From positions 1 to 64,000 of the forward strand of contig NMRA01000138.1 in assembly GCA_002633005.1 (NCBI GenBank): 64,000 nt of DNA. Direction: 5' to 3'. Both the position numbers and the translations under genes were made by a program. Each line of letters begins with the position of its first letter. The first letter of the stretch is position 1. The DNA comes from Phoronis australis (Eukaryota > Animalia > Phoronida). The notes beneath the pieces are model-generated. The model saw only the letters and a list, made by a program, of their open reading frames with translations. It did not search any database and had not been told where the DNA came from. Shown here in pieces: positions 52,801-64,000 of the stretch.

Positions 52801-55800
52801 AAAAATTATGCGAGCCAATGGAGCGCCAACCGTTGATGGGAGGCAACAATTTTTAGTGTCATTTTTAGATAAATTACCGTGCTGTATCCCATGCAGGATC
52901 ATAATGAGACTCGACAGATGTATTCCTATGAAGCTGATGACTGATGACGATGTGTTTTGAAGTGATTCAACAACCGCTGTTCCCCCTAGTAGCAACTTAA
53001 GCTTTTTATGCGCCCACATATTTATATGTGGACGCATTATACCGTCATCTCCATCCATCCATCCGGGCGGCGTCCGTCCGGCGTCCGCTGCTCTATCTCC
53101 AAAACCCTTTGACATACATTCATGAAATTTGGCACATATGTTCCATTCATGAATGGGACAGCATGAGAGAACTTTCGGACGGATCCGACTACCGGTGTGC
53201 CCCCTAGTGGCAATTTTAGTTTTTTACGGTTACCTTTGTATCTTCAAAAGTCCTGAACGGATTTTCATGAAATTTGGTATGTAGGCACCTATTAGTGAGA
53301 TGACGCTATCCTCTAGTTTTTGGATGGATTCGACGTAGTTTGCGCCACCTAGTGGCCATTTTTACTGTTTTTTGCATCCACCCCTCTATCAACCAAACCG
53401 CTCAAAGGATGATTGCAAAAATTGTCATGTATGTTCTTACTATGAAGTGGACGGCTGACGATGGTTTTCCGACGACTTCAACTACTGTGGCGCCTCTTAG
53501 TGGCAATTTTGTTTTTTTGAGCCTATGGCTGTATCTCCTAAACCGTTTGCAGGACCTTTAGTTAATTTAGCAAGTGTATTTATATGATTTTAACTACGGA
53601 TGACTACTGCTGTGCCCCCTAGTGGCAATTTTAGTTTTTTTACGTTTAACTCAGTATCTTCAAAGGTCCTCAACAGATTTTCATAAAATTTTAAATATAG
53701 GCATCTATTAGTGTGATGACACTATCTTTCTGTTTTTGGATGGAATCAAGGTATTTTGCACCACCTAGTGGCCATTTTTGCTGTTTTCAAATCTTGTTTT
53801 TGGTGTCCACCCCTGTATCAACCAAATCATTTGAAAATTGGCATATGTGTTCTCAGGGTGAAGACGACCTTTGATGATGGTGACTGACTACTGTGGCGCC
53901 TCCTAGTGGTAGTTTTGTTTAGCGCCCATAGTTGTATCTCTTAAACCCACTGCAGGATCTTTACTAAATTTAGTAGTTGTATTTATACAAAGATAACAAC
54001 AGACGACGACTTTCAGGCAGATCCAACGGATACTGTGCCCACTAGTGGCAATTTTATTTTATTCTGCTTTCTTTGTTTCTCTGAAGTTCCTTGACAGATT
54101 TTTATGAAATATGGCATGTTCCTGTTTTGGTGGATTGTATGTTTTTGTGCCATCTAGGCCATTTGTATGATACAAATAAATAAGTAAACCCTAAAAGCAA
54201 ACCATTTGCAATGCATTCGTGGGCGCATTTCAAAGCTCCGCGTTGCTCTTGTTATGTTAGCCTCTGTATCTATCAAACCTTTTACACTCAGTTTGGCAAG
54301 GGTATTCCTAACAACAGTTGGATGGATTTGTGCCTCATTATAACAATTTGTTTTTGTACATTTGCCACTGAATCTTTAGTGTTCCTAGGCGGATTTTCAT
54401 GAATTTTGTATTAGAGAGGCGACACCTTTTCAATTTCAATGGGTTTGATGTATTCTGCGCCATTTAATGGGTATTTTTACTATACTAAAAAACTCCCAAA
54501 GAGGCACACCCTTTGCGGAGTTGTGATGGGCACGTTTCAAGACTATGAGTTGCTGTTATTTTTACCACTAAGCGGTGCGAGCTGCTGCCACTGTAATGAC
54601 TAAACACCAAAAAGTTGGTGTCACCCGAGTGCGTAAGCAGCCACCACAGCTGTAACCAGCCAGCTGGCTGTGTGTGAAGACTGTCGTCAAAATACTGCTA
54701 GGTAGCACTTTGTGTTGAGCTTCGTTAGACCCTGAAATTTCACAAAGCCCGGGTAGTTCTGCTCACCACCTCGCTGTGAAACACCGGAAAATAATTTAGT
54801 TTACTAAAGGAAGACTGTGGTTTTTAATGACTAATTTTGTGTCAGATTGTTTTGGTCACTTTTTACACACATCGGTGCAAAGATGTGTACTTAGTATACA
54901 GCTTTGCACCAAGGCTACCGCAGCTGTAAGGTATGATAATAAAACATCAAAACAGCAAATTTTTGTCAACGGCAAATAGTTACAGTTGATGGAAAATAGT
55001 AAACATTCAACAGATGTCCACAATGAATTATCGCACAAACAATGGTGGCCGTAGGAAATGATTTGGGCTGCGAACATCACTTCTGGATTGAGGCATGCAT
55101 AATTAATTAGATCCCAGGGGAATTTAGTTAACTTCAAAATTTATCTAGGATAACCAGAAAATCCTAATTTAACCAAAAGTTACACTAAAAATTGTTGCCT
55201 TCAGCTTTGGGATTAAAAGTTTCGAATTGTTTGTGAGGTAATTCTTCACTAATTTCACACAAAAAGTATTTGTGAAATTTTCATTTTTCAAAGGCTGTTT
55301 AGCTTGCTGCAAATACTGGAAACTTTATGTTTAAGTTTTTATATCATCTACACAGTAAATATTAAGCTGATGGCCTAATAGCCTAAATGTTGTTAATAGT
55401 TATTTTGTTTAGAAATTATGGTATTGTTTAGTTTTGTTAAGAAATATAAATATAAAATGAATTTCCACTTCACCGCCATATTGTGTGTTTGACAGGCGAA
55501 AGAATTAGAGTAATGTTGACTCCATTTTGGCTTGTAGGCACCAATGTATTATAGAAATTGCAATGCAGCTATATTGATATATGACATTACTTCGAAAGAC
55601 AGCTTTGAGACTATGAAGACATGGGTTACAGGTGAGTTAAATTTTGCATGGGTTACAGGTGAATTAAATCTGGTTTAATATGGGGTTAACTCCAGTTCAT
55701 GGTTTTCTTGATCGACCTGGACCTGTTTGAAATTGTTTGATCATCAAATGAATGAACAGTTTCCATAATTTATGCACCTGTTAGTTGCTAGTAAAAAGAC

Positions 55801-58800
55801 TTGCACATAAGGAGTGTTTTACTCTGTAACCTGATTGCTTGTGAAAAGCTTAGCATTGAATTTTCTTAGAAGTTTTATATAAGCAAATTTGTGTATTATT
55901 AGAGTTGAGCTTCAAGGATATGCAACATTTTATTAATCGGCATTGCTTGCAACATCATGTAATGTTCTAAGATTGGGTAATTGAAACTTTCATTTTGCTG
56001 TACAAATTTAATAGGGCGTTCCCGGATAGAAATCTCCTTTGTCTTGAAGGCAGCAAAACGCGTTGACATTGGCCTCGGTTTAGAAATGTGGTGCTGAAGT
56101 TGTGTCGAAAAATGTCACACTCGCACATAATTTTCATTGTCAACTTTCTGTCATCAGAGATGTGGCCCACACCACAACATTAAAACTTGGCTGGCATTGG
56201 GAGGTTGAGTATAGTTAATGAAGTCGAGAAAAACTTGAAACTATCGAGGCACCAACAAATAACATGAGAAACTTCAATAGCTCAAGAACAAGGCTTGACG
56301 GATTTAGCAGCATTTTAAGTTAATGCAAGAATCGAGTATCGTGTAATCCAGGACTGTCCTATTGGGTTTTGGCACTATTTCACCTACATGAGCGCCATCA
56401 CGAGCAGCCTGAACTTGAGCAGAAATCCTGATGTACAGAGTTTTACAATCCTTGTTCTTAGTGGTGTTGTTGGTAGTTGAAAAATGTTATCTGTTTTTGC
56501 TAGAAACGATATCAATTATTTTTTCATGCAAGTCATGTCCTTTGATGTGACAATCTGTGATGGGATATTTTGTGTTATATTTTTCAGATAAATTTCTTCA
56601 TTTGTTACGAATTCAGTTGACATACATTTTCTTGGTTTTATTTTGATTCTATAATTTTTTCAATGTTGAAACCTATATTAAATGTGTATGCATTGTATGT
56701 TTTTATTGCAGAGTTACGACGCCAGGTTGAAAATGAAGTTGGTATGTTGAATAGAATTGCTTGAAAACTTCTTAAACAACATAACTCCGTGTTACAGTTT
56801 TGAAGTGGGTATAGTCTAGAGAACTTCACATTACGTCTATTCAGTATACAGTCTAATTCTCACCTTACAACAAAAGACAAGATCATCTACTCATGAGTCA
56901 TAATCAGGCTTCAAAAAATTGTAATTCTAAGTACCATTGCCATTTTAGGTTATATGTTTTTGAACCATGAATTTAAGTGCAGCAATGATTAATTCAGCTT
57001 GTTACTTGCTATTTTTTTGACATCATATACGTCTTGATACACTCTTGCAGTTACCGTATCATGTGTTTGTGTAATATCTTAGAATGTTGTTGTACGGTCA
57101 TATGACATGGTTATTGCACGGGACCTGGCAAAAAATGTGGATTAAAGCTGTACAGAGTAAGAATTTCCTCAAGGCTAAAGGCTGAGTGCAAATATTTAAT
57201 TGGCACAGCAACCTCGGCTAGTTACGTTCAGCCATATAAAAACTCGTGGAGTGCAACATATATTTGTGGATAAGACATACTGAGAGCTAGACTAGACTCT
57301 CTATTGATATCGGTGCTGTAATTTGAAATCATGTTCAATGATCTGTAATAATAAACAGCTGTAGTGTTTGACCAAATAACTGAAATCTTACAATAGGTTT
57401 TCAAACAAATCACTGTTAAATATTTTTAAATTCCATGAGGTTGTGCAGACACATAAGTTATAAGAAGATAAGTCACCCACCAGTAACTGATTTTGTCAAG
57501 CAAAGCCTGAAAACAGTCTAATGGAGCTGCTTAAAAGTGTTTTTGTGATGTACCGTATATGTCCGTTTGATTATCGGTGTCACCTAAGCTAAATTCACTG
57601 TAACTACTACAGTCAGAAAAATGGTCACGGTGGAAATTATGGTTAGTAGGACCTCATCAACAACTTGGTGTGTGTAGCTAAATATGTCTTTCTAGAAAAA
57701 ATTAGCAAGAAAAGAAGGTACATTCATAGCACAACAATGGCCAATTTTTCATTGTACATAAATGGTCAAGATGAAATCTCAAAAACATTGTTATGGTTTT
57801 TTTTCTAAATTAGGAAATTTACTGTTTTTCTGAAGAATCATATAAGTCCTATTTTTGATAGCTCTTCAGTCAAAAATGGATAGTTTTGAATACAATCCCT
57901 AACAGAACTTTGGAGAACAGTGCACAAAGCATTTGAAACTCATCTGCCATTTATGTTCCGAAGTTTGCTGAAGTTGTCAGGGATCCTACATAGCTTTTAG
58001 TTTACGTTGTGTCTGAGTAGTCTGTTGGCCTCATCTTTCTCTCTGTGATGTACTCTTGTGTCAAACAAAAAGGTAAGACAGTGTGCCTTGCACATTTGTG
58101 GTGCAAATGACCGCATATTATAATGATTTTCCCGATTCTCCCAAACCTGTGTGCATCGAGTCATACTGGCTTTCTCTTTACTCCACAGTTCTTTGTGTTC
58201 TGGGAAATAAAAAAGATCTGGCAGCGAAACAACGACAGGTGAAGAAAGAAACAGCACTGGAGTACGCCGACTCCATTGGCGCCTTCTTCGACGAGGTGTC
58301 GGCAGCATCAAACGAAGGTAACGGATGCTGCAAAAATGGTAATCCTTGCTTATTTTTGCTCCCTCTTCTGCTCTCTCTCATTCTCAGGCCCATTGCCAAG
58401 TACTCAAGTAATACAAGCATGAAAATTGTGATTAGTTCACCTATCAGTACCACTTCACTCCCATCAGAATACAGGTGGTGGTGACTAAAAAAATAATTGC
58501 AGGTGGTCAGGTTTGTCTATTGTACTGATCACCTGGAACCATAATACCGAGTTGAGAAGCTAGAGACCTGACTCGAGGGTCTAGCAGTGTGTCACAGTGG
58601 GACTCAAACCCACGACTTTTAGTACATTTTGTGAACACATATCCCACTAGGCCACACTGCCTCCTCTGGTGGTGAGTGTCTTAATTCAAAGATATCCTTG
58701 CTAAAGCTCAATTGGATATACTGGCTGTTGGAGCTTAACCAGCATTAGGTCCTACAGCTACGTGCCTGATTGTTGTGAACTTACAGGGAATGAATATGCG

Positions 58801-59896
58801 TGGTCTCTTTACTATAGATAGATTAGTGTTATTGCGGGACAGCCAGAATCTACCCAGCTCTGCTAACCCTTCTTGTGGAAAAAACCCGTTCTCTTACCTC
58901 CAGCCATATGATTGGTATTTTTCCTTTGCGTCCTCCTTTTGCTGACGTCTCGCTTTGCCAAGGACTCCGATGAATGGCCTACCACACAATCAGCAGTAAG
59001 AGTGAGGTGGCTACGATCTATCCGGGAATGTTTGTTCTTGACTTTCGTAAACAATCCAGCCAATTGGAGCACAGCTTGCAATTGTAACATTGATAAGATT
59101 TAGCCTGCTTGTGAGCATTGCAACACAACAACCTCTTAGTATTGGAAGATATAACCAGATTAGCAAGTATTATGAAAACCAGTTAAGAACGGTCTTTAAA
59201 TTAAAAAATTCATCCACAATTAGCATTTTTCTTACAGTGACGAATTCATTATGACCTCACTATTCAAGTAGGTCAGTCTTGTTTTGGTATCTTTCCACAG
59301 ATACAGAAGGCTTGATATGTGTCGTTTATCTAACCAAAACGAAACCAAAATAAAAAATGATGACATTTTTTTTTAATTGTCATGCTCATATACTTTAAAG
59401 ATACGCGACTTCAACTGAGAATTCTGTGCTTATGGCATGATGAATGCATGCATGATTAGATTGAACCAGGAACGATTTTGTTCATTATGGATTATGTATG
59501 ATAATTATAGAAAGATAAGTTTACCCTACTTTTTCCATTTTGCTCTCATGAGCCTCTGTGGTTATGCTAGTTACGATTACTGCATGTTTTGCCATTTAAC
59601 TACAAAATTGTATGTTTTATTTGTTTGTAAGGCTTGAATGTGTGATTGTCACTACCTGTTATCTCTGCTGCTTATGTTTTGAAGGCATAGAAGAGACATT
59701 CCTGCATTTGGCTAGAGGACTTGTTGCTTTATCTGAACAGTCACCTGATTCTGGAATACACATGGTCGAAAGCTACAAGAGCTGGGATATTGACAGTTTT
59801 AATGCTTCAAAAGATACTGTGGACTCTAATTTCCAAGGAAATTTAACTTTATCTGAAAAGCAGGAAAAGAAAAAGGAAGAGTGTTTTCTTTGCTGA
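43876..59896 (+). CDS. Rab5-group small GTPase (Rab21/22/31-like), complete, ~224 aa. Exons 43876-43918, 45701-45797, 52033-52102, 55538-55631, 56712-56741, 58189-58317, 59685-59896
   Basis: [20 protein letters not shown] (G1), SPTIGASF (switch I, Rab5 group), [18 protein letters not shown] (G3), GNKKD (G4), EVSAA (G5), C-terminal CFLC*. All introns are GT-AG and phase-consistent (675 nt). Confidence 0.92.
46947..47189 (-). mobile_element. tRNA-derived SINE (same family as 14889-15129)
   Basis: Shared ACTGATCACCTGGAAC core and tRNA-like head (GGATTCGAGCCCC B-box-like on the minus strand). Confidence 0.75.
51562..51701. mobile_element. Imperfect ~140-bp foldback element
   Basis: TATTGA...GTCAGTATGTTG...CCAAAAATG pairs with CATTTTTGG...CAACATATTGAC...TCAATA around a GGCTCCGCC centre. 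Confidence 0.55.
52870..54560 (+). mobile_element. Older HINE remnant (~52870-53002 and 54254-54560) with a nested young HINE copy at 53003-54253
   Basis: The inner copy is nearly identical at its 5' end to 8327-8720 and ends GCGTTGCTCTTGTT; the flanks rejoin into one family repeat unit. Confidence 0.8.
58487..58667 (-). mobile_element. tRNA-derived SINE, internally shortened copy
   Basis: Same head and core as the other two copies; flanked by direct repeat GGTGGTGA(C/G)T. Confidence 0.75.
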
Positions 59897-62800
59897 TGTT
59901 TACATACATGTTACCTGCGTCAAGAAGTGAGTGTTGCTCTGCTGGCCATCTACAGATTTGCTTCCTGAGTGGGTTTCATCAAGAAGGAAAAACATTTTGT
60001 TGACTGTGGATTGAATCATTTACAATGATTATATTTGTCTCATATGCTTCAGACATCGAGGAACAAGAAGTTAGAGCCCAAACTTTGCCTACTACATTTT
60101 ACTACCATTGTAACAATTGGCTGTCTTACTTATGATGAATAGACTACTTACCTTACTATGGACCGAATTTCTTAACTAACTTTTAAAATATACCTATAGA
60201 ACTCTATTTCTTGAAAATCCTTGATTATCACAGAATCTTATGTGCACGAAAGCAGTCTTCAGATGTTCATAATTACATGATAGCATTTTTTCTAAAAAAA
60301 CTCGCCTTTTTTGTAGCAAATATGATTTTTGTACTAATTCTGTTTCATTATTCTATTAGCATTAAAAGCATGCCTGGGATGTTCTTTTAAGGTCTTTCAG
60401 TCAGAGAGCTTAGCTATCAAAATTGAAAACATAATTCAGTGTCTTCAGGAATATTGATGCCACCATTTTTGACACCTAAGCTCTTGCTATTGTTTCTAAT
60501 GAAATAAAGGAACAGAATTTGCAAATTTGATGCAGAAAATTCATGTGTGTGAAATTGCAGCAGTCTCTTTGAAAAGTCACAATTTTTTTAGAAAAAACGT
60601 AGTTACATGATAACAATCCTTTGGGCATTATTTTTGTGCACATAATAAAGATTCCATGATCCAGCAATAGTTTTAAAAAGTTTTATGGTCTACAACGTAT
60701 ATTTAAAAAGTTTTTAAGAAATTTGATCCTTGTAAACGAACATTGCCTATTATCTTAATCTAGTCCTTGCCAAAATGTACTTGTCCAGGATTACTCACAG
60801 TAAAGCTTTAAGAAATCAATTATTGTAACTGTCAAGTGAGCTTTATTATAATAACTCAATGTGCAGTATTATTGTTAGTAGAACTGTTCCATAACATTGT
60901 TTATTTAGGCTTCTGTAAGGAAGTTAGATGTGTGAGAGTTGTTGGTGGTCCGGGACCCATAAAACAATGCAAATTATTAATTGCAACTTTTTAGTTGACT
61001 TTTGTGCAGTCAGCAGTTTTGCAGCATATGCTATGCTCAGTACCTGTTGTCTTTCAAGATTGGTGTAGTGTCGTGGTATAACCTCTTTTGAAAAAGTGTC
61101 GCGTTAATGTGGACAAACGAGGACCGATCTCAAGGGCCACGCTTTCTTCAGGTGCACATAACTTGACATGCTCCAGGGATCAGTCCACATTTGTTTCATT
61201 ATGCAACTACTGTTGCTTCTTTCCTGTTATTTCTTCATCTGTTGGATCGCTATGTGTCTTTCTGGTTTGTTACTTCTGGTTTGTTATTTCTCATTGCCTG
61301 TTTGCTATAAAAGTGCTGCATCTAGTTGGACAAATTGTGAAGAGTGACATATGTTGTCTGAGCTGCTTTAAAGGTGGTGTTCACAAGATTCAAACATCAC
61401 TTAATAAAGAAAAGGGATTTTCTGTATTTCAGCCAATTACAAGAAGGATTTTGGTGGATGTATAATTTGATTACTGGACTGTAGTTTAGCATGTAATCCA
61501 ATTTCTAAAATTAAGTTGTATTTGTGGTGCAAAGCTTTAACAAGTCTTGTTTACACTTAAAACACGTCACTACTTTACTGGATTTTTTCACAGTGTGACA
61601 AACATTGATATGGGAATTAATCCAAATTAAGGTAAATTAATTAAGAGAAGGAACATTTGTTTATTTTTGTTATTATTATTCTTTCATAAGTGATGTAAAG
61701 AACACAGGTATGTTCCGTTCACAGGACCTAACTATTGTCCAACGTACATTCCTACCTGTATATCAGTTTATTATTATTATGTTATTTGCAAACAGATTGA
61801 GAATGCCTGAGTGTATAAAACTTCCAAAATTGCTGTTTTTTGTTGATGATAGCTGTACAGTGATCAGGATTCGATCTTTATAATTATTTTCTAACATCAT
61901 CCTACGACCATGTACAATAATCTTCCGACTTACTGCCCAGGTTTTGCGTAACGTCCATCTGCGAAATTTACACTTTTATGTGCCCGAGGATTTCCTTAAA
62001 AGCACCTATTTTTCTGTGAATGCTAGCCTTTTTCAAATGTCTCAAAATGTATGAAACATTCTCACCCTTGATTCATGAACACGGGGCTTCTGTGGCACCT
62101 TGTTTTATATTGGGAAAGGAATTGCCTGTAGTCTCCTGTGTTCCATTTCACTCTTACATGGCAGTTAGATGTGTCTACACACACTGACGGGTTTGGTTCA
62201 TACCTACTTAAAAATTTTACTTTTAAGTCCTATCTTGAATGGTAACACCTGTAGATTTGGTTCCTACAGTATGTTATCAATTACCAAATGTAATGAACTG
62301 TTACTGAAAGCGTATTGGCTTGGTTTTGTCTATGTCACCGCATGAATCACATTTTAATTGAAACAGCTGCGACTAACACCCTCACGCAGTGGTGTTCTAT
62401 TCAGACCCCTATTCAATACAACTGTTTTCGCCTTTTTTGTTTATGCTGGGATCTCGCAGTGACGCAATATGGCATGAGAAGACAATTTCACCTATTATTT
62501 GATGGGTCTACATTTGAGTGATTAAAGGCTTTGCTAGGAGTACCTGGTTAACCCAATAGGCCTAAAATAAGAAAATTCTGCTCCGTTTAACGGCTACCCC
62601 TGGTTTTTCAATTACCTCGTATAAACACCCTCGCCTCTAATTCGGGTGAGTACAGTAGTCAGCTCTTCAGTTGATGATTACAGAAGTGTAGGCCTACTAT
62701 AATGTGTGTACATGTAACATTGTGTGGATGTCTTACTCGGGTGACCACTTTTTCACAATACAAAAAGAAATAATTGATTTTCAAGAGTTTAAAGTTGACG

Positions 62801-64000
62801 ATATTTTTCATTTTCACACAATTTTCTAATTGTCAATCCAAAAAGTGGGGGTTTGACACACTGTCTCAAAAAACAATTGCAGCATCTTCAACAAATTTGG
62901 AAAGCAAAAATAAATTTTTGCGTTAAACAAGTTACGTGACCACTGATGGGCATCGTTTCCTCACTGTAGGTATCAAGGATTTGAAAACCATTGTACCTTA
63001 ATGTTAATAGATATTAAGAGAGATTAAGAAATATGACCATTATAGCAATGAAGGTAAACACTATGTTTAAGCAAGAGTTGTGTAGAGAACCCATTCTGAT
63101 GATTAACTCACCTAGTTGTCTATTTTTTAACTATGAAATCTATTAAAACCAATTTCTTAAGAAATTGTCTTTATTTGTATAAAACGCAACTATAATTATA
63201 TCTTAATCAATTTTCTATTCCACATAAACCTACTATCTATTGAACAATATAGTAGACTCTTTGATTTAATAAATACACAAGCACAGTTTGAGCAAAGACA
63301 TTATGTAACAAGGCGTAATAATCACCATCGTACTACAATATACAAAGCCCACACTCACATATAAAGAACAAGAACGTCTAGAATACGAGGATGCCGCTTT
63401 TAAGCAAAGCTTTTATTCAATGGACATTAACCCTACAATATGTTGCTTCAAAATGTCCATAATCACACTGACCATGCAGTTGAACGGCTAGTTTGGTTAT
63501 AGCTAACACTGGTTACAACCAACGTTTTAGAAACGTCGTTGAACGGTTTGTTGCAATGGGGCTCAACTGCGTTGTTTGAATGCTAAAAACCCAAAAATTT
63601 AACAACATTGAACCGTAACAATAGGATATACAGTTAAACATGTACAAGTTGCATTTTTGCTTAACTCGGACAAAGTTCAGCAGTGTTGTTCTATTTCAAG
63701 CCCTTCAGATAAGTTTTATTTCATTACACTTGGTTGATCGTTGTCCAGTAAGGTCCAACTACTTCAAATTTTAATGTAATAGTTTCACAACAATGGGATG
63801 AACATCAGATATTCACAAAAGTTACAGAATGTAGAGCACAACTCCCCAACCATGACGAGGCCGACAAACTGAAAATATTTTTATTTTACTACCTTACATG
63901 ACACACAATTTTAGATTTGAAATGCAAATAAACAAAGCAATTAAAAATGGGTTTCAAAATAAGTTAAATGCCGACTGTTTTTGTTTAGTCATGTTTCGCC

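Noticed and set aside
61088-61465. 125-aa ORF downstream of the Rab gene
   Set aside because: Non-ATG start and no recognisable domain or splice context; probably 3' UTR or intergenic.

Overview
AT-rich, intron-rich animal genomic DNA; the repeat content looks like a marine invertebrate, possibly a mollusc (inference). Four spliced protein-coding genes were rebuilt exon by exon with consistent GT-AG sites and phases: (1) the last two coding exons of ZC3H14/Nab2 (+, 174-1301); (2) a classical calpain (+, 6504-23650, 11 exons) whose N-terminal exons with the catalytic Cys could not be found between it and ZC3H14; (3) a complete SART1/Snu66 gene (-, 43272-28313, 21 exons, ~760 aa); (4) a complete Rab5-group GTPase (+, 43876-59896, 7 exons, ~224 aa), head-to-head with SART1. 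Introns carry a Helentron-associated (HINE/DINE-1-like) element family, tRNA-derived SINEs, two RNase H-bearing LINE fragments, several MITEs/foldbacks and minisatellites. Main observations: the HINE internal tandem repeats carry co-oriented near-consensus CTCF motifs every ~145-161 bp; the element has inserted into itself twice; and four tandem 'echo' duplications of an exon 3' end plus its splice donor occur in three genes. Most ORFs in the supplied track are spurious.
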